From assembly GCF_003918875.1 (NCBI RefSeq), contig NW_025767157.1, positions 1,488,001 through 1,552,000 of the forward strand: DNA of 64,000 nucleotides, given 5' to 3'. The stretch is from Haliotis rubra (Eukaryota). Below, in pieces: positions 1 to 11,978 of this stretch (its first letter is position 1; each line of letters begins with the position of its first letter). The position numbers and the translations under genes were made by a program. The notes beneath the pieces were generated by a model. It did not search any database, was not told where the DNA came from, and was given only the letters and a program-made list of their open reading frames with translations.

Positions 1-211
1 GGACAGTGAAAGGGCACTGACATGCAGGTATATGTTGTAATACCTCTGGTGGACATTAGATGATTTAGATTAAAATGAGGCACTGTACCTAGAAGATACA
101 AATACCACATTAGAGCAACTGCCCTCAACATACTAGTAGTGGAAGAGCATTTGTCTACAGAGGGGAAGGGCAGGGGTTTAGTTACCCAGCCATGCATACC
201 ACAATACATAT

Positions 212-280
212 GGCCCGTGAAGATTCGGGTAGAATAGGTCTTTAGCAACCCATGCTGCCACAAAAGGCTGACCATGCTTG
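212..280 (+). mobile_element. 5' fragment of SINE family C
   Basis: ggcccgtgaagattcgggtagaataggtctttagcaacccatgctgccacaaaaggc matches the 5' end of the copy at 34230. Confidence 0.6.
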
Positions 281-630
281 TGACGTCCGAGTCCAGTGTT
301 TTTTCTGTCGAGGGCAAGCAAATTTGTATATCACACTGTACGGTGTCCAGTTGACTTTCCAATGTTTATCATGTTGTTTATATAAAAAATCAACAAGAAA
401 ACGGACGGTATAGTGGAAAAATTATCAGGGCAAGTGATTTTACATGTGCCACTGTACTGGAGTACACAAGCAATTTTAAAGTTATTTCCACCCTTGCCTC
501 TTTGGTGCAGTGGTTAGTGTGTTCCCCCAGAGAGCAGAAGGTCAGGCGGGTTCGATCCTCAGCTTATCCTGAACAATTTCTATATTCTATGGAGATATTG
601 CAATAGTTTGTGTTAATTGTTTTTTTACAG

Positions 631-3600
631 AGTGATGAAAAGATTGAGTTCACAGCTAGTCTTCCAACGCGTAACAGCAAAGGGCAGCTGGTATTTGCTG
701 GAGTTCCAGAGTTCCGACCTAATATGACTCCTAAAGAAGTTATGCACGCTGGCAGTTTTGGAGGAACCTATTTTCGACCAATCAAATCTGGTGCTACAAG
801 TATGTTTTGAACATGGAAAGTTATTTGTCTGAGATAATGAGTTGAGTGAGTGAGTATAGTGTTATGGTTTTCTAAGCTGTGTCCCGAGAATATCAGAGCT
901 TGTGGGAGAAGGGGGCATGGCAAACCTACAGTACTGATGTACTACTATTAGATGAGCCTCGACCTGACAAATGACCCCAATTTGCAGATATGGGACGCTC
1001 CTCCAGAACATTCATTAAAATTCCAAAAATGAGGGAAACGGGTTGTCGTCTAAAACTTGAAAAGTTCAATTTCCTCGTGCGAATCATGTTTTTATTGTTA
1101 TATCATACTAGGTATGTCTACAGCTAAGATCCTTAGAAACTGAACCAAGACAAATATAACTTTGTTTACAAAACACCCCACACCGTGTTAGAGAAAAGAA
1201 CATTTGTTATGTTTACAAGCGGATGTATAATCGCTCTACGAGACACATGTTAAACAGCTGCGGTATTGACTTCACACCACAGTCAGCATGTATTGCACAT
1301 GCTTAATCGCCAATCTACCTGTAGCAACCAAGTGTATTCGTCTAGATTCCCTGCCCCGCCTACTTGTCACAAATGCTTGTACTGCGCAGGCTCATCTAAT
1401 ACAAGCAGTAGACTCTTTATCAGGACTGGGTGGTCGGGTGGCCTAGTGGTTAAAGTGTTAAAGGTCCAGGTTCAATTCCCCACCTGGGTACAATGTGTGA
1501 AGCTCATGTCTGGTGTCTCCTGCCATGATAATGCTGGGATATTGCTAAAAGCTGAGTCAAACCAAACTCACTCACTCACTCATAGTCAGGGCAGATCTTT
1601 GTGTGAGTCCATGATCAAAGGTTTCCGGCACACCAAAAGGCTGCAACTCTGCATAGTAAATTGTGTTGTTTTAGAACACTGGGCTATACTTTGTCACCAT
1701 GTGCCATATAAAAATCATGAAGATCTTTGTTTGAAGATACACACTTCATATGTAGATAAATATACTTGAAGTGATTCCATGGCATTTGATTTGCTGAGCA
1801 AGTGATATTTTTTGCAAATTTGATTCCTTTGTTTAATGTTAATGATTAAAGAAACAGCCTGAGAAGTTATTATCTATTGATAAGAATATTCAATATTATG
1901 TTGTGTTTATACAGGTGTTCACATAACATTCAGCATGCCCACTTTACATTAATCTACTACACTGATTTTTAATACTGGACAAAAATAGTTAGGGATATAT
2001 GTAAATTTTGAAATTATGAATAATAATCTATTTATTCATTGACACACTGATAAAATATCAATCATAAAAATACCAATATCCCTAACTTATTTGACCAGTA
2101 TACTTCCACCTGCACAAGTCAGGTCTTGCATCACTTCTTGTTTTGTTGCAGAAAAGAGCTATTCAGGTGTGTGGAAGGAGCTTCCCAAGGACTGGTTGCA
2201 AGGACTCAACATAGGACAACAGGTGTGGGAAATCTGCCTGTTTGTTTCTTATTAGACTTTTGATCTGAGTATGAAACAGTCCTTGAGATCTTTTCCCCAA
2301 GAGTTTGCTTCATACTGGTCGGGGCCGTGGGGTAGCCTAGTGGTTAAAAGTGTTGGCTCGTCACGTCGAAGACCCGGGTTCGAATCCCCACATGGGTACA
2401 ATGTGTGAAGCCCATTTCTGGTGTCCCCTGGCGTGATGTTGCTGGAATATTGCTAAAAGCGGCGTAAAACCAAACTCAGGCAGTCAGTCATACTGGTCAC
2501 TGCAATAGTGTTAGGACTCTTTTTGATTTATATATACAAGTGCTGTTTCTATGCTGAAAGCACCACTGTCAAGTATGCCTGAACAAGGAGATGTACACTT
2601 TGTATTACAGTGTTGTGGGCGCCACATCACAAGAATACAAACATAACGCCTCTATGGTGGTGAACTCATGAAAGTGTCATAGAGCTGTCAATGTTTTTTT
2701 ACCAAGCTGTCTGTTTGATGTATGTGATGTTTGAAGCTGAATACAAGACAGAGGAGATGCCTTGTGCTTAATGTGTTCACTCATCTTAACAAATTTCGAA
2801 GTTTCCTTCTTCACTTCGGAACAAAATGGAGTACGTTATTGTTGTCCCCAGTTGCTTTGATAAAAGCAGGGTAATACTCTCCTGTTCTAATGTAGGCATC
2901 TTGTCTTCATCACAGCTGTCGTCATCAACATATGATGAGAAAGTCAACACATACAAGGTAAAGTGTGGTGGCAGTCTGGACATGTGGGAGTCAAGTGGCT
3001 GGATTCATAAACAAGACCCTTATGGCTGGTTCCAGTGGTACTGTAGGTGAGTGTTTGGTCAAACCTGCCTTGTGTTAGTAGTACTGTATGATCAAACCTG
3101 TCTTGTGTTAGTAGTACTGTATGATCAAACCTGTCTTGTGTTAGTAGTACTGTATGATCAAACCTGTCTTGTGTTAGTAGTACTGTATGATCAAACCTGT
3201 CTTGTGTTAGTAGTACTGTATGATCAAAACCTTGTGTTAGTAGTGCTGTATGATCAAACCTGTCTTGTGTTAGTAGTGCTGTATGGGATCAAACCTGTCT
3301 TGTGTTAGTGGTACTGTATGATCAAACCTGTCTTGTGTTAGTGGTACTGTATGATCAAACCTGCCTTGTGTTAGTGGTACTGTATGATCAAACCTGCCTT
3401 GTGTTAGTAGTACTGTATGATCAAACCTGCCTTGTGTTAGTAGTACTGTATGATCAAACCTGTCTTGTGTTAGTAGTACTGTATGATCAAACCTGCCTTG
3501 TGTTAGTAGTACTGTATGATCAAACCTGTCTTGTGTTAGTAGTACTGTATGATCAAACCTGCCTTGTGTTAGTAGTACTGTATGATCAAACCTGCCTTGT

Positions 3601-4635
3601 GTTAGTAGTACTGTATGATCAAACCTGTCTTGTGTTAGTAGTACTGTATGATCAAACCTGCCTTGTGTTAGTAGTACTGTAGGATCAAACCTGACTTGTG
3701 TTAGTAGTACTGTATGATCAAACCTGCCTTGTGTAGTTGTACTGTAGGTATTGTATGATCAAACCTGTCTTGTGTTAGTACTGTGGGTACTGTATGATGA
3801 ACCTTGCCTTGTGTTAGTAGTACTGTATGATCAAACATGCCCTGTGTTAGTAGTACTGTGCGATCAAACCTGCCCTGTGTTAGTAGTACTGTACGATCAA
3901 ACCTGACTTGTGTTAGTAGTACTGTATGATCAAACCTGCCTTGTGTTAGTAGTACTGTATGATCAAACCTGTCTTGTGTTAGTAGTACTGTATGATCAAA
4001 CCTGCCTTGTGTTAGTAGTACTGTATGATCAAACCTGCCTTGTGTTAGTAGTACTGTACGATCAAACCTGCCTTGTGTTAGTAGTACTGTACTATCAAAC
4101 CTGACTTGTGTTAGTAGTACTGTATGATCAAACCTGCCTTGTGTAGATGGTATTGTATTATCAAACCTGTCTTGTGTTAGTAGTACTGTATGATGAAACC
4201 TGCCTTGTGTAGATGGTATTGTATGATCAAACCTTGTGTAAATGATACTGTGGGATCAAACCTGATGTGTGTCAATGGTACTTTAGGTGAGTGAAGAAAC
4301 ACAACATATTTACTAAAGTTATGACTTGAGTTGATATATTTGATGTCAAATGTCATTTAAGGGAGGTTCTTTATGAATATAGGGATCCGTTATGTTTCAG
4401 GTTTTATCAAGGAGGCCGGACAGAAGATGACAAGCGTCAGATTGGGAGGTGGTTGAGGTGTGCAGGCACAACGGGACGATGGCGGAACAATCTCATCTCC
4501 AAGTGTGTGAAGAGTGGGTGTGGCTATGACAACCACAGCATCTCCCCGGTAGTCCGACAGACTCTACAGCACTGGGGGTATAAACTCAATAAGGAGGATT
4601 TCGATGCATATGCAAAAAAGAAACGTCTTTTGTGA
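631..4635 (+). CDS. Conserved uncharacterised protein (GSFGGTYFRP...QDPYGWFQWYCRFY...RQTLQHWGY), last four coding exons; 5' part lies upstream of the window
   Basis: Exons 631-799, 2152-2222, 2916-3046 and 4401-4635 (TGA). All are flanked by AG/GT and the phases join into one open frame: SDEKIEF...SGATK-KSYSGVWKELPKDWLQGLNIGQQ-LSSSTYDEKV...QWYCR-FYQGGRTEDDKRQIGRW...AKKKRLL*. Confidence 0.85.
941..1411. mobile_element. Putative MITE with terminal inverted repeats
   Basis: tattagatgagcct (946-959) is the exact reverse complement of aggctcatctaata (1388-1401). No credible coding content. Ends approximate. Confidence 0.5.
1429..1582 (+). mobile_element. tRNA-derived SINE family A, diverged copy
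   Basis: A-box and B-box like head, core catgggtacaatgtgtgaagc, (CTCA)n tail. Confidence 0.8.
1972..2101. mobile_element. Small MITE, possibly Tc1/mariner-type
   Basis: Imperfect ~26-bp TIRs: tactggacaaaaatagttagggatat / atatccctaacttatttgaccagta. Confidence 0.6.
2321..2487 (+). mobile_element. tRNA-derived SINE family A, full length
   Basis: Head ggggccgtggggtagcctagtggtt...gggttcgaatccc; tail gctggaatattgctaaaagcggcgtaaaaccaaactca; 11-bp TSD tcatactggtc at 2310-2320 and 2488-2498. Confidence 0.9.
3047..4293 (+). repeat. 33-bp intronic minisatellite, roughly 36 units
   Basis: Unit tatgatcaaacctgYcttgtgttagtagtactg repeated head-to-tail and degenerating toward the 3' end. It is the source of the spurious YDQTCLVLVVL ORFs. 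Confidence 0.97.
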
Positions 4636-6019
4636 GATGATATGTGAAAATCTTCCTGGTTTGACTGACTGAGTAAAAACAGTAAGAGGGGCACTCTACC
4701 TTCATACACAGGAAATCTGCTCAAAATACTCAACTTGATATCAACACTCAGGGAATGTTGTTGGGGTGCCTTTGTGAGCAATGAGTTACCTCCCCATTGA
4801 TGTGCAATTCCAGAAACCTATGGGTGTAACAGTGACAGTTGCAGCTTCAAAAACACTAGGGCAAGAAAAATGTGCACCCTACATGACGTTCTTGTGGTTT
4901 GGATTCTCCCTCAATGTTGCCTTAGATATTTCTTTCCAGAAGAGATCCAAAATATGTTTAAGATGTCTTTTGTCATGTGTTTGAAGCAGATACAGGTACC
5001 TTATTGCAGTCTTTTACTATAGAAAGACGTTTTTAGTATTCCTTTTTATTCAAATATAGAAACTCAGGTTAAACATGACATGTGATTCATGGTCTAAATG
5101 CTGTTATTCACAGGGGCTTGTAACGAAAAAAACTGGCGTCAAGGTATATATTGTCACTGATGGAGTCTTAACACTAGATATAAGGACTTTTGTACTGTGT
5201 TAAGACCCCGTCAGTGACAGTATATAGCTTGCTTTACAAGCCCCTGTGCTGTTATTACTGTAGTAACTGTCATGTTGTGTTTGATACTCCTGCAGATTTT
5301 GTTTGTTCACAGTTAAATTTATGAATGCTTCTGTATCCAGAGGGGTATTTGGTAAAGAGTTATCCCAACACAGGTGAATAGACAATCGATGGTTGACATG
5401 ACAACAACTTAATATGAATGAATACCTGTATCAGATTATGAATAATTAAGTCTCTATTACTCCAGACATTGGAAGTTGTAAGTTGTTGACATAATCATAC
5501 AAAGAAATTATGAGTTCTTTCTTCTCTCCTCAAAACCTATTCTTACAAACACAGTAACTGTGTATGGATGCAGCCTTTCTTCACTGACATTGTGAACCAT
5601 TCGACCATAGTGTGTGGTATAGGCCCCATAATGCAACAAACATACTGGGGAAAATGCACTTCACTCAAGGATATGAAAAAACCCACAAATCTCAGATATA
5701 TGAAACCTGTACTTTAGATATGCACCCAAATTACCATTACGATGAGGCCCTGTCAGTATTTCCATAATGCTAATTTGTTTCATATACTTATCTTTCTTAT
5801 TGTCCAACTCCAGTTCTGAACCATTTTGCTTTTTCCTTAGCACTGAATTTTGCTATGAGCAATTAAAAGGCAAAGCTGACACGTTTTTACAGTTTGAATG
5901 CATGAATGGATGGTCATTAGGATCTGCTAGCAAAGCTCAGCACAACTTTGCTGGATTCTTCTTCCTGTGCCATTATTTCCCTTTACTGCACAATGTCCAG
6001 GATATGGGGTCTGCTAACA

Positions 6020-6780
6020 TCAGGGTGTTCCAGGACTAGCACCATGGTATGATGAAACTTCAAAATCCCACATCAGATGGGCCTGCACCTCGGTCAACTC
6101 ATGGAGGAGGATCATACTTGATGAAACATCACCAGGGCCCCTTCTTGACTCCAGGTCTACCTCTGAAGTGAGGAGAAGTACGCACCATGGACCAACACCC
6201 TGATCTGTTGGCAAGCATTCCTCAACATTTTCAGCAGCAGACAATGCACATATGTACCCCAAAGAAGACTTCTTCTGAAAAAGAACAGGATGTTCCAGGA
6301 CTGTCACCATGGCAAGATGCAGCTTCAGCTCTATAAAAGCCTTGTCCCAAGAGTTGTATCATGACTTCATGCCAATCCCTGCTTGGACTTTCCTTCTTCT
6401 TTCTAATCCAGCCTTTTGCCTGGCAAAAAAGTGGGAAGAGTAGCTACAACGCTGGTGAAGTCTCGTGCAAACTTTTAATAGCAACCAGCCAACCAAAGAA
6501 GGCTGTGTTTCTGTTTTTGGAACTGCCCAACCACTGACATCAGTGATCTAGTTGGATCTGGAGCCACCCATCCTCGGACACAGTATGTCCAAGATAACAT
6601 GGTTTCTCTTTGAAGAGTTGGCCTTTTTCAGGTTTTACTTTCTGATTTTACTTGGAGCTGTTCTTTACTATGCTGAGCCATTCTATAGTTTCTTCAGTCT
6701 TTGGCTAAAATGGGAATATTGTCTTATACAACTTGGAAATTGTCTTTGCCAGAATTCTTTCCAGAAGTCTCATGGGGCTC
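6020..6780 (-). mobile_element. Highly degraded DIRS gag relic
   Basis: The translation ...DQGVGPWCVLL...ILLHELTEVQAHL resembles [11 protein letters not shown]...[13 protein letters not shown] in the DIRS gag at 38450-38590. The 6780 boundary is uncertain. Confidence 0.55.
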
Positions 6781-6933
6781 AAGTTAAACCCTTTGTCATG
6801 GAAATACAATGGTACAAGCAACCTGCTCTGATTTTGTCAATGTTTACTTCTGTAATGGCTGTCTGATTAAAACCGTGGACAAGCTCAAAATAAGAGAATT
6901 ATTTTGCATAACATTCATGACATTCTCTGTCCA

Positions 6934-7056
6934 GGTTCTAGTCAAAAGGGCGAAAAGTCAAAGGGGCACTAAAGTCAAAAGGGTCAAAAACACCCTAGTC
7001 AAAAGGGCCGCATAAAAAAGTCAAAAGGGCCTCAGACCCCTAGTCAAAAGGGCCCT
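6934..7056. repeat. Array of six (A)GTCAAAAGGG(CC) motifs, resembling a DNA-transposon subterminal end
   Basis: Motif repeated six times with short variable spacers, followed by AT-rich sequence. Confidence 0.7.
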
Positions 7057-7339
7057 ATATAAATAAAATAATAATAATAACATCTTTTTCAAAATTATTA
7101 TAGTAAAAGGTTATACATCTATACAATGTATATTTTATGCATACTAGTCCTGTTTTAATAGATATTTTTTTTCAATATTAGAAAGAAAATAATGACAAAC
7201 AATAGATGTATGTAATGGTTATATATTTCATGGTCATGTTTTTGTTGACATTTAACTTCATCTTAAACTTTCATTACTTTTTAAGTTTGATTTGATAATT
7301 TGCAGCGGGGGATTGTGTCACCTTAGTGACAATGCTTGT

Positions 7340-8430
7340 TTTCAATCCAAAAGTAGACCACACCAGGTGTGCATATTCATAATCTTCATCCGAAACAGGG
7401 CTATCTGTCAGAATATTATAAAATTCAGATGAAATTGGAAGCTTGGTCAGATGAAACTTGCTTTCATCATCCATGAAATCATAGGGATACACTCCCTTTC
7501 TAAGCAAGAGATTCAGCTGATCCTCGCTTGAAAACTCATGTGATAAACATTTGTATTTGGTTGAATCAGCCTTCTTCAAATTATGAGTTAGTTTCTCCAA
7601 GGAATCGTTTAAAAATTGAAACGAATCAATAAATTTCAAATTACCCAGACTGAATGAAATGTATTTCTCCAAATTGTTAGCTAGACAGGAGTGTTTGACT
7701 CTGAATATTTTATTTAACTCTGCTATAAGTATATGCGAGTCATAATTGCGAAGTCCATGGAAAATGATTGGAAGAAAATATTCGTTCCTGCTTTTTTCTC
7801 ATCTGTTTTAGAGCTTTTCTAAACTTATAATTGAGATTACAGCCTTGATGAGCAGCAGTGCTCTCCATGGTAATCGCCTTAGACATGGCAGTGCTCTCGG
7901 ACTTTGATACAGTGTGGAAGGCTCTCCATGGTAAGCCCCTTAGACGTGGCAGTGCTCTCCATGGTAAGCCCCTTAGACGTGGCAGTGCTCTCCATGGTAA
8001 GCCCCTTAGACGTGGCAGTGCTCTCAGACTTTGATGCATGTGGAAGTAAACTGCTGAGAGCAAATGTGACATTGAGTGGCTCTTTGGAAATCATGTTCCT
8101 GCTCGTCATGTCAGTGAGGGACATAGGCATGACATAATCTAGAACCTGTAAAATGTCCTTTTCTTCCTTGAGAAGACGCACAATAAAATGTGTAACATTG
8201 GGTCCTCTATTAACAACAGCAGGTTCGGTATAATCATGATTGACTGATACCACTTTATAACAAAAACCAGACGGTTCATGTTCTTGATACACATCAGTGT
8301 AAGAGGACGCTGGGTTTGGAGTGCAACCACTCACTTTATTGGTCAAACATTCAAAATCAGCATAGATGACAAATGGAACCCTTAGCTGTTTTTGAATGGA
8401 TTTAAATCTGACCCATCTTTCCTGATCAGT
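7340..8430 (-). pseudogene. Polinton/Maverick-type protein-primed DNA polymerase B relic (N-terminal exonuclease region with endonuclease-VII-like insert)
   Basis: Motifs VPFVIYADFECL, YQEHEPSGFCY, KVREHCH...AAHQGCNL, EKYISF, LKFIDSFQFLNDSLEKL, LLRKGVYPYDFMD and DYEYAHLVWSTFGLKT. Several frameshifts; the polymerase core is absent. Confidence 0.85.
7857..8025. repeat. 33-bp tandem repeat inside the PolB relic
   Basis: Unit ctctccatggtaagccccttagacgtggcagtg, about 4-5 copies with one interruption. Confidence 0.9.
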
Positions 8431-9479
8431 CTGTGGTAATTTTTGGTTTTTGAAGGTCATACTGGCGACAATAGGGAGGGTGACCATCCAACAGATCTTG
8501 TCTCACAAACCCATGGAGACATCTCCTACAGTACAAATATTTTCCATGATAATTGGTTCTATCTCCCATAAGTCTGAAAAAATTTCTGATCAGACAGAAG
8601 TGTCACTTTTCTCCTTTACTGATCAACAAGAGGTCAATTGTATTCAGAGATTCAGAAGAACTGACATGGAGAGGGACAATAAGAGTTGTCGTAGAGGCTG
8701 AACCCTCCAAATCTGTCCTCGTTTGACCTCCTCCATACTGTTCTCTCCTCTGTTGCCACCTCTGTCTTCGTCTCACACAGCTTGTACACCTCGACACCCT
8801 GACTGTAGAATCTCTCGGGGAGAGGGCGATGGCATTGTCGACATTCTCTCCCTTTAGTTGAGCATTGCTCGCAGAACTGTTTACCTGGTAATAAACACTT
8901 ATGGCAATAATAATAATAATATAAATTGAAACTGAGGGCTTCCTTTTTGCTGCTCAGGACTAGTCACTTCCCACTCGCAATTGCCCAAATGTGATTTTAA
9001 AAGAAAATATCAATATGAAATGTTGACTTTGCAATGAATTTACAGAGACTGTCCAACACCTTGTCAGTGGATGCCCTTCTTTAGCACAAACAGCATATCT
9101 TAAACGACATGATGGCATGGCTCGCAGCTTTTGCTACTGTCTCTGCCATGCCTGTGGCTTTGACTCCGAGGTCCAGATATTTCTAAAATGTAATAAAAAA
9201 TATTAACAAAATGTGTACATAGATACACGAAAGTGTTCACTCATACATATTTTGTTATTTACCTGGCAGTAAACCTTTAAAGCAGAGACCATATAATATT
9301 ATATGGTCTCTGTTTAAAGTGACCGCACCACTTGCAGGTATCAAAACGGGCATTGGATAACGGTTCAGTTGGGTGTTGGTGTTGGTGTTGGGGGTTCCCT
9401 GGTCGTCGACAAGGTTGCTTACTCATAGGCTGATCTGTATTCTCACTGGAACTAGCCGTCCGTTTCAGTCTGGACTGGC

Positions 9480-9644
9480 AATTGTGGGCATTAAAAAATC
9501 CAGTCTAGAGAAAGAATGACCTCACTGAACGCAATTATATTTTTGCACGCCATGTACAGTTCTCTTGTCACGATAGAGGCTGCTGGACTGTGTAAACAAT
9601 GTGCAACATATGTCACACTGGTGAGACTTCTGATAGTTTTCCAT
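9480..9644 (-). pseudogene. Two degenerate C2H2 zinc fingers, probably the N-terminus of the PolB-type element
   Basis: Minus-strand translation from ATG 9644: MENYQKSHQCDICCTLFTQSSSLYRDKRTVHGVQKYNCVQ*GHSFSRLDFL. Same strand as, and upstream of, the PolB relic. Confidence 0.55.
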
Positions 9645-9907
9645 TCTGAATAGAAAACAAAATATAATTTAAGTGTATGAAACCATTATATACGTTGAAG
9701 AAAACCTCTGTCAGACATGAGTTATAACTGAAGTTGAAACAAATCACACATAAGGCTTAGTGATGCTAATTGAATATAAAGTATATTCTTGCATTACATG
9801 TACTGCTCATCTATCATTTGAGCTTGATATCAACTATACAAGTGCTTCTATTTAAACTATGGGACGAGTTCATGTTTCTGAGTATCATGTTTCTGATTAT
9901 GTACAAA

Positions 9908-10076
9908 GGGGCGGTGGGGTAGCCTAATGGTTAAAGCGTTGGCTCGTCACGCCGAAGACCCGGGTTCGAATCCCCACATGGGCACAATGTGTGAAGCCCA
10001 TTTCTGGTGTCCCCCGCCGTGATGTTGCTGGAATATTGCTAAAAGCAGCTTAAACCAAACTCAGTCAGTCAGTCAC
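9908..10076 (+). mobile_element. tRNA-derived SINE family A
   Basis: Near-identical to the 2321 copy; (CAGT)n tail. Confidence 0.9.
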
Positions 10077-10079
10077 TGG

Positions 10080-10570
10080 AACAAATGGTACATACCGACA
10101 TTCGCCTGTCCGCAGTGATGGAAACGTACAGGGGTATATCAATGAGGGACCAGTCCACTTTGGTGCGATACACCCGCCACAGGGTAGCCTGGTGGTAGTC
10201 ATAGAACACTGTCACCATAGGTGTACGCCATGTTCACATTGCTGGCTTGATAAGTCGGTAACTCTGCCCATCTGTCAGGGTCTGTCTCACAAAGGGCCGA
10301 CATGTATCTTCCAAATGCCACATGGAATTTGTTTACTGTCAGTGATCTCAGTAACTTGGCTGAGTGTGGGCCTTTGATACATATTTTGTTTCCATCCACA
10401 TCTGATACTGTGTGAAAGTCATTGTTGTCTTGGTGGGGGTCATTTACCAGGAGAGCAAGATTTATATAACCACCCTCCTGAATCTGCTGCCGAATGGCTT
10501 CTTTTCTTTTGTTGGTTTGTTCAGTTTTCCTCTTTGAACTTAGATGACAAGGACTGGCAGATTTGGACAT
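10080..10570 (-). mobile_element. Ngaro/DIRS-group gag (ORF1) fragment
   Basis: IRQQIQEGGYINLALL...LTVNKFHVAFGRYMSALCETDPDRWAELPTYQ..NMAYTYG pattern, followed by a Cys/His-rich remnant near 10080-10140. Family assignment is from motif recall. Confidence 0.6.
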
Positions 10571-11978
10571 CTTGGCTGGATTACTTACATTGCCTTGTTT
10601 TCTTGTGTGACCCAGGGAAAATTGGCTACAGAAGTGTGATATGCATCATCTAACTGATTTATTGCTGCTTTGTAGTGTGGTGAACATGATTTTTATCTCC
10701 CCGGACTGTAATGCAGGGGATATAGTCAACGCCTCGTCCGTCTGTCCGTCCGTCCGTAATCATTTTGTTTCCAGAGCATAACTCAAAAACTTAACTAAAC
10801 CTGCAGAGGTTTCCAATTCTTTTGAAGAGAGTCGTCCTTGGGGTACATATATGCATTTTCTGCGGCTGAAAATGGCCTGTAACAGTTGTATCAATGTTTT
10901 AATAACAATATTGTGCAATAAATAAAATCTTTTTTATCTATTATACGGCCCCCACCACATGGAGTTACCTCCCTGCTACGCATGCGCAGCCAACCAGGTA
11001 AGCACCTAGGCCCATATCATCATTCCTTCTGCTGAATAAATCAGTGAACAGAATTGCGGGGAGGTGGGCGCGACCTCCAAAGAGGACTCTCTTCAAAGAA
11101 TTGGTTTAGTTAATTCTTTATCAGAGAGATCGTCCTTGGGGTACATATATGCATAAACTCAGACTCCCAAAGACCGGAGGCCAGGAAGGAGGGAATTCTG
11201 TTAAAGTACACATGAATAGCGATCGTTAGGAATAATGTAACAGAGGCCACAACACTCACCTGTCACGTGTCCCGGAGCTTCCGCGAGAGGCATTATGGGA
11301 GGGTAACCGACAGGGAGGATAAGTACTTAGAACCGACCTCGTAGGTTAAGCATAGCAAGTTGGCACACAGTGCGAAAATAAACAACCCCAGGTCGGGGCA
11401 GACCACCCGAGCCCGCAAAAAGGCTGGGAGCCAGACGAAGAGGACTGCTCCTTACCCTTACCTTTGGAGGAAACCGTGACGGGAACGCGGGGGCTAGAAG
11501 CCTGCGGATGCTCCAACAAGGCCTTAGAGTCCTTGAAGGAGATAGCTGCAGCAGCAGCCTCCCAAATGACCTGCTGAGCCCCAGGAAACAACGTCGCTCC
11601 CAGACGGAACGGAAGGGCTAGCAAGGTCTGCTGTGTTGCTGCTGAGCAATCCAGTCGACAGCCACAGCTTGCACATCCCTATAATAGCCGCATCACCGTC
11701 AGACGCTGACCCGCAAGGCAGCGAGTCCTTCGGTGTGGCCTGCACTTCGGACCACAGTCGAAGCAGAACAACATACAGGGACACGTCCCCAGTGTTCCCT
11801 TCAGCCTCCAGAGCTGACCTTTGGATAGAGGAAAGGTAGGCCTCATGGCATTCCGATAGACTTCCTCATAAGTCAGGTAAGCCTGCTGCAGGGGCTTCAC
11901 AAGGCCAAACGGTGGTACAAACGCCTTGCTTGGCAGACGGGCTGCAACAGAGGAAGCTGAGCCTCCCCAGGGCTTAAT

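Noticed and set aside
1266-1769. 167-aa ORF
   Set aside because: Crosses a MITE end and a SINE inside an intron, has a non-ATG start and no recognisable domain.
3051-4104. ORFs of repeating YDQTCLVLVVL, and a possible CRISPR-like array
   Set aside because: These are head-to-tail 33-bp units with no unique spacers inside an intron; the ORFs arise only because the unit length is a multiple of 3.
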